Shown here in pieces: positions 13,129 to 26,976 of a stretch of 64,000 nucleotides of DNA (the stretch's first letter is position 1; each line of letters begins with the position of its first letter). Origin of the DNA: Octopus vulgaris (taxonomy: Eukaryota). The notes under the pieces are model-generated. The model saw only the letters and a list, made by a program, of their open reading frames with translations, had not been told where the DNA came from and did not search any database. A program made the translations under genes and the position numbers. The DNA is taken from assembly GCA_951406725.2 (NCBI GenBank), contig OX597831.1, positions 7,254,001 to 7,318,000 on the forward strand. The letters run 5' to 3'.

Positions 13129-14705
13129 TGATGATGGGAAGGAGAATATTATCTTTAATAATTGAAATTCCATCTCCTGTCTTTCAAAGATGGTAAGTTC
13201 CTTCTTGGAGAAGACTTAATGTCCATGACCAACATTTCAGAAAGAAAGAATTTAGTTATGTTGCTTCTTCTAATTATTTGATTTCTAATAAGGACTAAAA
13301 GACAGGAATTTTGAAAGTTGAGAGAGTTCTTTAATGGCTTGTTTTTAACTGACTTCAGTTATTAGATTGCAGTCATGCAGGACCAGTCTTCAAGTGTTTT
13401 AGAAAGACATCATCATCATCATCGTTTAACGTCCATTTTCCATGCTAGCATGGGTTGGATGGTTCGGCCGGGATCTGGGAAGCCAGAAGGCTGCACCAGG
13501 CCCCAGTCTGATCTGGCAGTGTTTCTAATCACTCCATGAGTGTAGTAGGTGCTTTTTACGTGCCAGGCGAGGCTGGCATCGGCCACGTTCAGATGGTGCT
13601 TTTTACGTGCCACCGGCACGGAAGCCAGTCACACACATGAATATAATGATTTGTGGCCATTCACCAAAATGTGATAAATTACAGAACTCTAAACACAAAA
13701 AATGTCTTCTTTAGTCTAAAATTCAAAGTGAATGTCTATAAAATGTCATCACTCCGACTTTCCCCATCGCCATTTGTTCAGCTGACAAATTGGTTCAGAG
13801 CCTTTTAAAGTATTGGATTTTATTTGAGTTAATAAATTATCATCATCATCGTTTAACGTCCGCTTTCCATGCTAGCATGGGTTGGACGATTTTGACTGAG
13901 GGCTGGCAAACCAGACGACCGCACCAGGCTCCAATCTTGATCTGGCAGAGTTTCTACAGCTGGATGCCCTTCCTAACGCCAACCACTCCAAGAGTGTAGC
14001 GGGTGCTTTTTAGGTGCCACCGGCGACAGAATCTCCCAAATCTAGAAACCATTAATTAAGCATTATCTTAGCATAATAAGATTATCCATGAAGTCAATCA
14101 AACAATATTCATAAATGTAATCTCCACAAACAACGAACGCCAAAACATGTCCAAACTCAAAAAAACCGTTTAGGTTTATATTTTTTAGAAAGTCATGTCA
14201 ACATTATTTTATTCAATGCTTGTATTGTGCTCATGTTCTCTGTTATGCCATCTCTTAACACTTTTATTAAATTCTACTTATAGAAGCCAATGTAGTATAA
14301 GAGAGATTCTTCTAAAATGTTTCTGTTCTAAGAAATTTTCTGTTGCTGTTTTAATCCTTATTTGAAGACAATTGCCACTTTGAAACAAACAGTTTTCCCT
14401 CAGAATTGATTGGAAATCATGGAGGCTTGTAATTAATCAAAGGAATACAGTTCAGTCTGTTGCTTTGCCTTGTTCTTGGTCATGAAAAGTGGGCAGATCC
14501 TGCTGTATATCTATCCATGGTCAATGAAGAGCACACTGCCCCAGGCAGACAGAGTTTCGTTTAGTTGTTCTTCTGGGGGCACACTCAAGCCTCTCCTCAA
14601 GATGCCGAGGTATGTTGCATTTTTCCATGGTTGTTCTTTGAAAAATTCTTCAAGCAAAGTAACACATTCAATTGTGACTGGATTCTACCCATGTCTACAT
14701 GTATG

Positions 14706-15072
14706 TGGAGGTGCAATGGCCCAGTGGTTAGGGCAGCGGACTCGTGGCTTCGATTCCCAGACCGGGCATTGTGAGTGTTTATTGAGCGAAAACACCTAAA
14801 GCTCCACGAGGCTCCGGCAGGGGGTGGTGGCGATCCCTGCTGTACTCTTTCACCACAACTTTCTCTCACTCTTACTTCCTGCTTCTGTTGTACCTGTATT
14901 TCAAAGGGCCGGCCTTGTCACTCTCTGTGTCACGCTGAATATCCCCGAGAACTATGTTACGGGTACATGTGTCTGTGGAGTGCTCAGCCACTTACACGTT
15001 AATTTCACGAGCAGGCTGTTCCGTTGATTCGGATCAACCGGAACCCTCGTCGTCGTAACCGACGGAGTGCTT
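14706..15072 (+). mobile_element. tRNA-derived SINE family D (related: - 11530-11870, - 28555-28660 head only)
   Basis: Head TGGCCCAGTGGTTAGGGCAGCGG...TTCGATTCCCAGACCGGGC shared among copies. Confidence 0.8.
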
Positions 15073-15733
15073 CCATCCACAACATGCATGTCAAGCAATG
15101 TCAGCAAAACAGCTTCTATTGTCACCAACATTATGTCAGTATGTGTGGCTGTTGTTGCCAAACTTATCCTTTGAGATGTCTTCAAAATGTTTCTTATTTT
15201 ATTTCTTCTGAAAGTACCACACTAATCACAACACACAATTGTCCCTTCCCAGAATGACACCCCTCTAGAATTCCTTTAGAAAATCAGTATTAATGCTTAA
15301 GGGATTTGAAAGATTTTTTGTTATATACAAGTTTTTCCCTGCCAATTTTCTTTTTTATAACATCCACTTTTCCATGCTTGGTCAGGTAGAATTTCTGGTG
15401 CCAACCTCACCAGTTTCCAAGCATGGCAATATTTCCTCCTGACTGGAATATGTTTTCACAAAAGATTTGCAACAAAGGACACTGCTTGTGTGATGAGGAC
15501 ATGTTTTTGTAATTATCAAACAATTTCAAAACAAGGAGACACTAACACACAAAATGGGCTTCTTTCAGTTTCCATCCAACAATTCGTCTCACAAGGCTTT
15601 GACCCAAAGCTTTAACAGAAGACACATGCTCAAGGTGCTATAAAGGGTTGAAATGAAAACCATGTGATTGGAAAGTTAACTCCTCAACCACATAGCCATA
15701 CCTCGCATGTCAATAATTAATGCAATAGTAACC

Positions 15734-15805
15734 AGGTTTCATTGAAATCTGAACTTGGATCACTGGATTCAAAGTCCAGTGTGTCAACCACTACACCATG
15801 AAACA
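15734..15805 (-). pseudogene. tRNA-Gln (TTG) pseudogene
   Basis: Reverse complement TGTTTCATGGTGTAGTGGTTGACACACTGGACTTTGAATCCAGTGATCCAAGTTCAGATTTCAATGAAACCT aligns along 72 nt with eukaryotic tRNA-Gln. Anticodon arm CTGGA-CTTTGAA-TCCAG is intact. T-arm and acceptor stem are mutated. Confidence 0.8.
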
Positions 15806-15869
15806 AAGAACAAATATGATCCATAAAATAGAGCAAGCAATAATTCTCTATATTTTTTCCCCTGTATGT

Positions 15870-16247
15870 TTTACTTGTTTCAGTTATTTGTCTGTGGCCA
15901 TGCTGGAGCACCGCCTATCAGTCAAGCAAATCGACCCCAGGACTTATTCTTTGTAAGCCTAGTACTTATTCTATCGGTCTCTTTTGCCGAACCGCTAAGT
16001 TACGGGGATGTAAACACACCAGCATTGGTTGTCAAGCGATGTTGAGGGGAAAACGCACACACACACACATATACACACAAACATATATACGACGGGCTTT
16101 TTTTCAGTTTCCATCTACCAAATTCACTCACAAGGCTTTGGTCGTCCTGAGGCTATAGTAGAAGACACTTGCCCAAGGTGCCACGCAGTGGGACTGAACC
16201 CGGAACCATGTGGTCGGTAAGTAAGCTACTTACAACACAGCCACTCC
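15870..16247 (-). mobile_element. SINE family A copy
   Basis: Reverse complement matches family A. Confidence 0.88.
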
Positions 16248-16692
16248 TTCGTATGCTTAACTTTCAAATACAATTTTTTTAAAACTTCAAATTTCACCAT
16301 TAATTTTCTTTTATCAGATCTCTGGTGCAACATAAAGTCCAAAAGAATGAGAAATGCCAAAAACAAATCGGAAAGAAGTCAACTGGAGCAGGTTTCCTAA
16401 AGGTTTAGGTATGGAACAAAGGTATTTGTAATTTGGAGACTGGGTTGTTCCTTTCCTTCACTCTGTGTTTATGACTTGCTATTTCCAGCAAGATGGAAAA
16501 CTTATGAAAAACAGAAAAAAATCTCCCTCAAACCACATCCTATCATATTAACAAAGGAAGGAGACATTTGATCATAAGTTTGCTTAATCAGGCCACACTC
16601 AAGACTAACCAATAACAATCTAGAAACTTCTTGTTCTAAACAAAGTTAAAACTACATCAAATGCTTGACTTTCTCTCTGGCTTTAATAAATA

Positions 16693-17065
16693 CTAACAGT
16701 ATCACCCGGCGTTGCTCGGGTTTGTTTCGACCCTTTAGAATTGGAATTTTTGAAAAGTAAAAATTTTGCATTATGTAGCTCGTTATTCTCTTTAAGTGAA
16801 CATTTTTCTGGTTGAAATACACCGAAAAATGGCGACACAGCAGTAAAAAATAGGGATTTTCATAGAAAAAAAAAGCACCTTTTTGATGTAAATAATTTTT
16901 GGTCTTAACATGGTCCGATTTGAATTTTATCTTCTACGGAATGAAGAGCAAGCCTTCTTCTACCATACTCTCAATTTTGGTCAACTTGCACCGCAGGAGA
17001 TAGTGTTAGTCAAAAGCTACCAAACCTGCCACACACAGACAACTTCAGCTTTATATATATATAGA
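16693..17065 (-). mobile_element. Non-autonomous Helitron with the same termini but a different interior
   Basis: Minus strand: A|TCTATATATATAAAG...CCCGAGCAACGCCGGGTGATACTGTTAG|T. Confidence 0.72.
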
Positions 17066-18576
17066 TTTCATTTCTGAATGCCTATTGTCTCTCTATATAA
17101 GCAGAACAGTCTCCAGACCAGACATCCCTTCTCATATCTGGAATACCCCACATTTCAATAATTTTATATCCTAAACTATTACCAGAACAAACAACTTCTC
17201 CCAAACAATATTCATTGACCTCCACCACCAGCAAGTGAAACACTGACTTCTCCTCATACTCTTACATCTGCTCTCAGCCTCTTCTTTCACTGCTATAACA
17301 GCTGTTTCTCTTTGCAACATCAAAAAAACTCAGCTGTAATGTCTTTATATTTTTATCACCCAAATATTAGGCTCTAAGAACTGGTTTCATACAAAATTCC
17401 TTTTGTTCCAATGTGCTCAAACAATGCATTAAACCCTAATCTTTCAAGTTCCATAGCAAACCAAAACCCTTCTGTTCTAAGCAGTTCTCCTAAAATTTAC
17501 CAATTTCCAATTATTTACAAATGACTAATAAATAAATACTGATATACGATAAGTAGCTTTCGTTCCTTTTTCTATGCTGGCATGGGTTGAACAGATCAAA
17601 AAGGACAAGCCAGAGGGCTCTGCTAGGTCCCATGTCTGCCATGGCATGATTTCTATGGCTGAATGTCCTTCCTAATGCCAACTGCACATCAGATCTGGAA
17701 ACTGGACCATCAGGCTCTGAGCAAGGCTTTTCTTCTTTTGGAGACTTAAAAATAAATAAAAAGAGTCCACCCTGAAATTATTTTTAGAAATTATACTCGT
17801 TTAAAAAATGACAAATGATAATAAAAGATTCTACTTCAAGAAACCAAAAACAAAACAAAGACTGTTTGATGTTTATGTTGCAAAATTTTTAATTTTGAAG
17901 CAAAGTTTAATTTCTTTGTAGAGGATTTATATTATACATACATATATGTATGTATGTAGGTATACATATGTATGTGTGTATGATTGTGTACACACAAACA
18001 CACACATATATATATAGCATTGAATGCCTACATCATACAAGCATTTATTTGTATATGTATAGATGTAAGCATTTATATCTACATGTGTGTGTGTTTGTGT
18101 ATAGTAAATTATGAGAAGTTCCAAATTATTCTCATGAAAGAGATGGACTATAATACAATGATGTTGTTACGTTTAAAACAAATCAGAAAGTCCACAGGAA
18201 GATCTTACAGTTTACAAATGTGTTGAGTTATACAAAACAGCTGGAATTGGTGTCAGATGACAAAGTGACTTTGTCATTAAGCAAAGGACAAAAAAAAAAA
18301 AAAAAAAACTGGAAAGCAGTCAGAGGCCATCGTCTCAGGCTTACTTTCTGAAAAATTCATTTTTCACGTACAATTTGTTTTATGAGTCACTTGAAAATAA
18401 CAATGAAAAAGTTGGAGAATTGCTGGTGAATGTATGTTAGATGTGTCACTGAAGATTGGAGGAAACGGAGAGTCTTTGAGCGCTTCGTTCCAGTAGCTGT
18501 GTAAGATTCCAGTTCAGGCTGACGAACAGAGGAAGTGTCTTGACCAACACGGGTTGACGTTTCTAACCACCTGATA

Positions 18577-18589
18577 TCATAATTTATCT
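18577..18589 (-). CDS. Candidate terminal coding exon of the HMG20-like gene (adds DKL-stop)
   Basis: Acceptor tatattttcag|AGATAAATTATGA. Joined to the phase-2 donor it gives GGA GAT AAA TTA TGA, followed by unique, repeat-poor sequence. Confidence 0.45.
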
Positions 18590-20814
18590 CTGAAAATATA
18601 ATAATTAATATTTCTAAATAGTCAAAAATATAAAATAATTCCATAACAATAAAAAAAAAATCTGTAATTACAAAAAAATATGAATGCTGAAACTGAATAA
18701 AAGAAAATTAAAGAACATCTCAAGAATAAAAAAAAAAGAAAAAAAAAAGGATTTTCACCATTTGTCATTTGAATAGCTTGAGGATCCCTCCACTTGTGGG
18801 TTACCAACCTGCCCCTAATTGCCCAGGTTAAAGTGGTTCCATTTAATTAAAAATGTGACATATCTTGCTGAACCACCCTAATCATTTCATTAGTGGTTTC
18901 GATATGAAAATTCCATCAGAACTTTCCATTATGTTTCAGGTTCAAGCATCACCTTATATCATTATGTAAAAAAAAAGATACTTTACAAAACTTATTCAAA
19001 TTCTTAATTATTGTCAAATTAACTGAAATACATAAGTATGTTGATTCGTTAGAATTATGATCATTTAAGGGTTAAGCAATATGATTAAGCTCAATATTAT
19101 AGAATTGCTATATTAAGCTTGATAGATTACAGATTAGATAACTGCGCTGAAAAGCCTTTAACACGTAGATTATTGTGTTGCTATTATTTCGGAATCAGAA
19201 CTGACACCAACCTCAACCATCTACTTTGCTACACCTTCAAGAAGCATAGAAACAAACACAAACAAAACCAAGCAATAAAAACAACAAAGGACAAACTGAA
19301 GGTTTCTACAATTGAAGCCATTTCATTAAAACAATTTCAAATTAGAAACAGAAATCAAGAGGAACAAAAATGAAAAAGAAAAAAGAAAAACAAATTAAAT
19401 TGAAGCCAAATTTAGTATAAAGTTAATTAAACAAAACTTGCATTCCTTGGCTAGTTGGCGTGAATGGAAGAAGAACAACACTAACAGTTTCTGCTGGTCA
19501 TAAATAGTTAGCAAAGCCGAGACTCATTGATATTTTGGTTATCATCAGCAAAAAAAAATACAGTCAGAATTTCATTCAAAACACAAATTAGGAAGAAATT
19601 AAAAATGTTTTTATTTGCAACAGATTTTTTTTCTCAAACATAGAACGTTATTTAAACATGGGGTTTGAATGATTCTGAAGTTTAAAGATCCATAACTTAC
19701 CTTGTATAACAAATGAAGTCTTGAAATCTGAATAATGGATAGGGTTCAACAATTGAGAACAGTTGCAGAAAAAAAAATAGTGAAAATAAAAATGTAACTG
19801 AAGGTTATGATTATCTTGTAATATGGATATGACAAATGAACGCAGAAGAAACTGTATGGTCAGATTATTAGAAATACTCCTAAAAGAAGGAAAATGAGTA
19901 TTAATTTGAATCATGAAACAGAACCGAAAACCAGTCATTTGGCCCAACACAAAATCAAATAAAATCTTTGATTGAAAAACAGAACAGAAAAAACCCCCAA
20001 GAAACAAACAAAAAGAAAGCTGTGCACATGGAGCATGCTGCCCTTCAAGTGAGATCTGTTTTTGATATTTGACTGGACATCAATGATAACAGAATCCAGT
20101 TTTGAGTGCAAGCAAGACACACTCGAAATTGGGGAAAAAAAGTAAAAAATTAATAAATGAAGAATGCCAGAGCAAACAAGTGAGAGACCATTGGGGGAAA
20201 AGCAACGGTATCCTTAAATCCTTAAAAATGTTTTAGCCCGAAGGCCGCGGCCATGCTGGGGCACCACAAAAACAAAAACAAAAATTAAATGACTGGAACA
20301 ACAACAACAAAAATACTGTTAAAATGAATGCAGGACGGCAGCGGATTAGAGAGAAGATATGACTTCGTTCTGTTAGTAAACAAATGACAATTCCACAATT
20401 AATGAGTTGGGATATATAAAAAAAACCAAAACAAAAGAAGCAAAAAGTGTGTGGGAAGTGGCAGCGATGGAGGTGAGGCAGTGATTCTAAGTCATCTGAA
20501 ATAAAGCATCATTGTTCATGCTGAACACAGAATGTCTTTATTGGTCTTTTATGCATTTTGTTTTTTTTACAAAAACTGAAGTCAAAAGCTTCACAGATAC
20601 AAACATGCATCATTCTGTTATGGAAAATAGCATATGAGCTACAAAACAGATAATAAATAAAATAAACAAAAAGCCAACAAATTGAATGGAAAAAAAGAAG
20701 AAAGAAAAAAACCTACAAATCAGAAAACCAAAGAACTCAAGACTTCTTCGATATTGAAATAATTAAAAAAAGAGAGATCTGCTCCATCAAGATGCTTACA
20801 AACCATTTATTGAT

Positions 20815-22185
20815 AAAATTTGGCACAAGGCCACCAATTTCAGAGAAAAAGGAAATTATATTGACGCCTGTACTCGACAGGTGCCTATTTTATCAGCCCC
20901 CAAATTGATGAAAGGTAAAGTCGACCCCAGTGGCATTTGAATATAAAACAAAGTCGGATGTTGCTAAGCATTTTGTAAGGGGCAGTTAGGAAAATTTTGC
21001 CTGTTTTCTGCCATAATAATAATAGTTTCAAATTTTGGTGCAAGGCCAGCAATTCTGGGGGAAGGGGGAAGTTGAGGATATCAAACCCCAGTATTTAACT
21101 GGTATTTATTCTAAAGACAGACAAAATGCAGTTAAGCATTTTGTTCAGTTGTACTTAACAATTCTGCCAGCTTGCTGCCTTAAGAATAACAATTCTGCCA
21201 GCTATAGGCACGTGGCCAGTAATTTGGAGGGGAGGGGCAAGTCGATTACATCAACCCCAGGACTTGACTATTACTTATTCTATTGAGCCCGAAAGGGTGG
21301 AGAGCAAAAGTTGACCTTGGCAGAATTTGAACTCAGAATGTAAAGACACACTGAATGCCATTAGTGATCTTGCCAGTTCGCAGCCTTGAGGAGAATAATA
21401 ATGATAATGGTTTTGAATTATGGCACTGGGCCAGCAGTTTTTGAGGGGAGGGGAAGTCAATTACATCAACTCGTATGTATTTGATCAACTCTGAAAGAAT
21501 GAAAGGCAGAGTCAACCTTCGTAGAATTTGAACACAGAACATAAAGGCAGTTGAAATGTCACTAAGCATTTTGTCTGGCAATGCTAACAGTTCTGCCAGC
21601 TGGCCACCTTAATAATAATCCTTTCTACTAACAGCACAAGGTCTGAAATTTTGTGGGAAGGGCACTAGTCGATTACATTGACCCCAATACCAGGCAGTGG
21701 CTCTCATGGCTTTTGATCTTAACTGATTGGAAGTGTTATCATGTACATTGTTTTGTCTTGGTGCAAAAGATGGGCTACAGCAAATATTCCACTCAATACT
21801 ACAGATTTGCTTGTCAGTTGCTTGACCATGTTCCTTCAGTTGTTTGACCTTAACTAGTTGACCATGTCCCTTAGTGGCTGACGATATGTGCATCTCTGAT
21901 TGTGAACAGAAGTAGTATGGGAGCATCATAGCCATGTGTTGAAAGGGATTCTTTGGGGTTTGAATAATTCACCTCTGGAAACATGGGTATTTCATTCAAC
22001 ATTCTTAAACAACCCTTATTCAGTTACCCTTTTCAGTCTGAAGAAAATTCTAACTGGGCCCCACCTGTAAGGTTATGCATGAAGCCTGCTGTACCCTTAT
22101 CAGACAGGTAACCATGATGTGTATATTGGGCTTCATATATTTGTACTCCAGTGTCACTTGGATGGCATGCACTGATCTCTGATTC

Positions 22186-22216
<31 letters not shown>

Positions 22217-22435
22217 GTTTCAAATTTTGGCACAAGGCCAGTAATCTTGGGGCAGGGAGTATGTTGATTACATCGACCCCAGTGCTCAGCTGGTATGTTT
22301 TTTTATTGACCTCAAAAGGATGAAAGGAAAGTCAACCTCAGTGGCATTTGGACTCAGAATGGAAAGAGCCAAAAGAGATGCCACAAGGCATTGTTGCCTG
22401 GTGTGTCAATGATTCTGCCAGGTTGCTGCCTTAAT
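20815..22435 (-). mobile_element. Head-to-tail cluster of at least six family C SINE copies or fragments, with a different retroposon fragment inserted at about 21694-22215
   Basis: Repeated GGCACAAGGCCAG / GATTACATCGACCCCAG / GAATTTGAACTCAGAA blocks separated by (AAT)n. Confidence 0.75.
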
Positions 22436-24333
22436 AATAATAATCATAACAACAACACAACACTAACCAAGTAAATATTTTCATAAAGCAATGATTAAAA
22501 TTTTTTTATCAATCATCATCATTTAACGTCCGCTTTCCATGCTAGCATGGGTTAGACTATTTTGACTGAGGGCTGGCGAACCAGATGGCTGCACCAGTCT
22601 CCAATCTTGATTTGGCAGAGTTTCTACAGCTGGATGCCCTTCCTAACGCCAACCACTCCAAGAGTGTAGTGGGTGCTTTTTACGTGCCACTGGCACGGAA
22701 GCCAGTTGGCTACTCTGGCAACGATCATGCTCGGATGGTGCTCTTGGCACCCTACTAGCACAGGCACAAGTGCCAGTAAGGCGACACCGGTAACGATCAC
22801 GCTCGAGCGTTGCCCATTTTTGTTAATGCGTAAAATACTTCAAATTTCATAGTTTATACAGAGTATCATGAAGGGTGGTCACTGATTAAATAAAAGCATC
22901 TAGAATTAAATACCGAGAAGTGTGGACATTCCAGATTTTGCTTTCTCCCCACACCTTACTCATCCAAAGTAAAATGATTCCACCATATAATGGTTATAAA
23001 GCTGGTGTCTAAGATCTATATGCTTAGACACCATTAAAAATCCAAAGATATACTTGATAGAGTTTTTCACTTAGTGAGGAAATGAAGCATCTCATTAACT
23101 TTCCCCATAAATTATAAGAAAAGATGAAATTCAACAGCATTATTGATGAAGTTAGAGACCTAAAATAGTTCCTTAGTATCAGCTTGTCATCAAGTATTCA
23201 AGTTTCTTCTCTGATAGAGCATTTATTAGAAGAAAGGTCAACAAAGTTTATTGATAAAAGTCCTTCACAAGTAAGCAGGGTAAACAATGTAGAAATTATT
23301 CCTGTCCCGATTCAAAGTTGAAATTTAAGCAAATCATCATCATCGTTTAACGTCCGCTTTCCATGATAGCATGGGTTGGATGGTTTGACTGTGGGCTGGT
23401 GAACCAGATGGCTACACCAGGCTCCAATCCGATCTGGCAGAGTTTCTACAGCTGGATGCCCTTCCTAACGCCAACCACTCCGAGAGTGTAGTGGGTGCTT
23501 TTACGTGCCACCGGCACAGGGGCCAGTCAGGCAGTACTGGCAACAACCTCGCTCGAATTTTAAAAAATTATCCTGGGTTCTAAGTTTCATAGAAGCTATA
23601 CCAACTTGCAGCTCCTCCTAATCAGCCCCTACTCTGAATTGGTGTGTGTGTGTGTGTGTGTGTGTGTGTGCATGCACATTGGAAGGAGACATATTCCTTT
23701 CACCATCAACTTCCCATGCAATTGTCATAAGGCCAAAAATCTATTAATTCTAAATCTTTGCTGCAGGAACCTGCTCTGCCCCTCCCTCTCTCATAGTAAT
23801 CCCCTCATTCCTAGCATGGAGCTGACCCACCCACCTCCCAATGAGCTCACAGTACTGTGAACTGCATGGTGACTTCAATAGTGGCACAAAAAAAAAAAAG
23901 GCATCTAGTCTACACTGTGAAGTGGTCGGCATAAGGAAGGACATCCAGCCCTAGAAACCACATCAGACATTGGAGCTTGGTGCAAGTCCTTGGACATGTC
24001 AGATCCTGTCAAATCATGCAACCCACACCAGAATAGAAGATGGACATTAAATGATAAGAAATGGAAAATACAACATTAATTAATGTTTTTGAAAATTAGC
24101 ACAAAGAGTATGATTTTAATGGAGAAGAACAGGAAGTTGTAATATTCATGCCTTTCCTAAAGACATTAGCAGTGCTACTGAAGTGAAATATACAAATATA
24201 ATATTAACTGCATTTTTTTTTTCATTTAAAGGAATAAAAACTAAAAAAACTTATCTTACAATTAGCAAAAATCCAGTCTTTTAAACTTTTGATTAGTAAT
24301 GTATGTTTTTTTTTTCTATTTGTTAGGCTTTAA

Positions 24334-24536
24334 CCCTTTCATTACCAACCCGGCTGAAGTACAAATATCTTGTTTTCATAAATTTTGAATTAAAATCTTC
24401 CACCAAACCTTAGCCACAATTTATGTTCCTAACACTAGCTGAATGATAACTAAGTTATTTTACTAAATTCCTTGTTATATTTAAATTAATTGAACGAAAC
24501 ACAAAGCATCTCAAAATAAATACAGTAACAAAAGGG
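24334..24536. mobile_element. piggyBac-type MITE (TTAA|CCCTTT...AAAGGG|TTAA)
   Basis: TTAA TSD and CCC/GGG termini. Related copy at 43476-43696. Confidence 0.8.
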
Positions 24537-26721
24537 TTAAACAAATTCTAATATTTCAATATTTTTTAGATGGAATGTCTTTCAATAGTAAGGATTATGA
24601 AACTCCATCCCAAATTCTTATACAGTTGCAATTCTGATTGATTTATTACATGACAAACATTGTGATTATCAACAGCTACAGCAGGCTTAGCAAAAAATGA
24701 GATTGCCAGTGTGGATGGATCATTAGCTCTGATACATTTACATTTGAAGCAACAAATGTAGAGCTAAAACAACAAATCCAGTGGAATTAATATTTACTGA
24801 GAGCAACACTCATTGTACAGCTATAAGGTTAGTTCATATGACCAACACATTCAATAATTAAGGTAGTTTTGAAAAAGAAAACCAACAACAACAGTTAATA
24901 AATTAAGTGATTAAAAAAAACAAACAAGACATTGATTCTATTTTATTTTGAAGAAAAAAAAAAAATTTTTTTAATAATTTTTGTCCATTTTAATATAGGT
25001 TGGGTGACTTTATAAGTTTAGATATTTGTATTTTGACCAATGAAAATGGGAAGGGACACGTGTCCGACAGCTGGATAGACGTGAAGGAAGATGTGTGCCA
25101 GGTATAGACTGAAAAATACTCTGGCAAATATTTTAGCCATTTCACTCAGCCACCACTGTGAATCACCAGAGCAGGATACAAGTGTAGCGGAGTTAGAAAA
25201 AGGGAAGAGTACAAGAAAAATACTTTGCAATATCGAAATCGCTCAAAAATCAATGGAAATTGTAGTTGTGACACCAGTGCCGGCGGCACGTAAAAAGCAC
25301 CATCCAAACGTGGCTGTTGCCAGCACCGCCTCGACTGGCCTCTGTGCCAGTGGCACGTAAAAACCACCAACTGATTGTGGCCATTGCCAGCCTTGCCTGG
25401 TACCTGTGCCAGTGGCACGTAAAATAGCACCCACTACACTCATAGAGTGGTTGGCGTTAGGAAGGGCATCCAGCTGTAGAAACATTGCCAGATCAGACTG
25501 GAGCCTGGTGCAGCCTCGTGGCTTCCCAGACCCCGGTCGAACCGTCCAACCCATGCTAGCATGGAAATCGGACGTTAAACGATGATGATGATTTATGTCA
25601 CTTAAGAGCCTGAGTTCAAATCCAGCTGGTATCAATAAAATATGAACTAGACATGTGCTAAGTTTGATTCAATTAATACTATCCTTCCCCTTTAATATGG
25701 ACTGAGAAAGCAACAGGGTAGATAAGGTGAAATTTTGGCTGAGAGTTAACATGTAAAAAAAACGAAAACAAAAAAAAAAAACCCTATTACTTAAAATGTG
25801 TACATACAGCAGAATATTTTACAAGAGAACTAGTAACTAAGGCAATGGTTTAGTGAACACAGGGAGTCGAACTTTGAAGAGGCTTATAAAAGGTTTTAAG
25901 AAAAATAGACAACCATTTAAAATCATGTGGTTATTTAAAAACAAATGTATGCAAACTTTAATTTGTCAGCATAGCAAACAATAATGAAATTTGTCACTTG
26001 AACAGTGCAACATTAGCTCAATTAGTAATATGATTCCAATCAAGTCTGTAACTAAGGGAGACAACTTCAGACATGTTTTAATGCTATTAAACCTCTCTAG
26101 CAAAGATTTAACTTCACCTCACTGAGAACCACCAAGTCAATGTACAATAATGCACAGGAGTAGACATGAAAATTAAGAGATTTTTAATAAATGTATCACT
26201 GCAGTTACTCAGAGAGGCCACCCTAAGCAAAAACAATAGTCAAGCTCGTGTTAACATATTTAATGCAGGGAGCAAGAAAATTTTATTAATTTTGTTTGGA
26301 AATGCTCAGGAACCAGAAAGCATGAGAAAGATGCTACAAAATGTCAGTTTTAAAGAATTTAAATTCAATTAGTCTGTTTATTGTAGTACAATGAGTTGTT
26401 TAATAGTTAATGGTGATTAAAATGCAGGCAACATTAAACATAAAAATAGCAGTTTATATTAGTATATATCCATCGCCATTCAAAAATAAGGGCATACAAA
26501 AATAAAATTAACCCTGCCAAATTTTTAATAATTTAATCTTTCTGAGAAAATTAATACAAATTTCAAAAAGAGTATAATTGCAAGTGGAAATTATTTGACC
26601 TTATTAGAAAATCTATTTGATATATAACAATGCCAAGACCATCATTATTGATAAAATACATTGAACAATTTTGTCAAATCTACAAGAAATTTTACTAGAA
26701 TCATTTAACAAAGAACACAAA

Positions 26722-26976
26722 TGCAGCGTGGAAGGTGTTTATAAGCCATTTAAGAAACACACAAAAACCGTTAGATTCACTTCAACATTTAAATTTAATT
26801 TTCCAAAATATTTTCGTCACTTTGAGACCGCGACCTGTTCACTGACAAAACTTCAGTGAACAGGTCGCGGTCTCAAAGCGATGAAAATATTTTGACAAAT
26901 TAAATTTAAATGTTGAAGTGAATCTAACGGTTTCTGTGTGTTTCTTAAATGGCTTATAAACACCTTCCATGCTGCA
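26722..26976. mobile_element. Fold-back element: two about 124-bp inverted arms around a 7-nt loop, each arm with a hammerhead-like motif
   Basis: 26722-26845 is the near-exact reverse complement of 26853-26976. Confidence 0.85.

Noticed and set aside
14470-14615. Plus-strand open frame ending at a strong donor-like GAG|GTATGT
   Set aside because: No recognisable protein similarity and no partner exons found.
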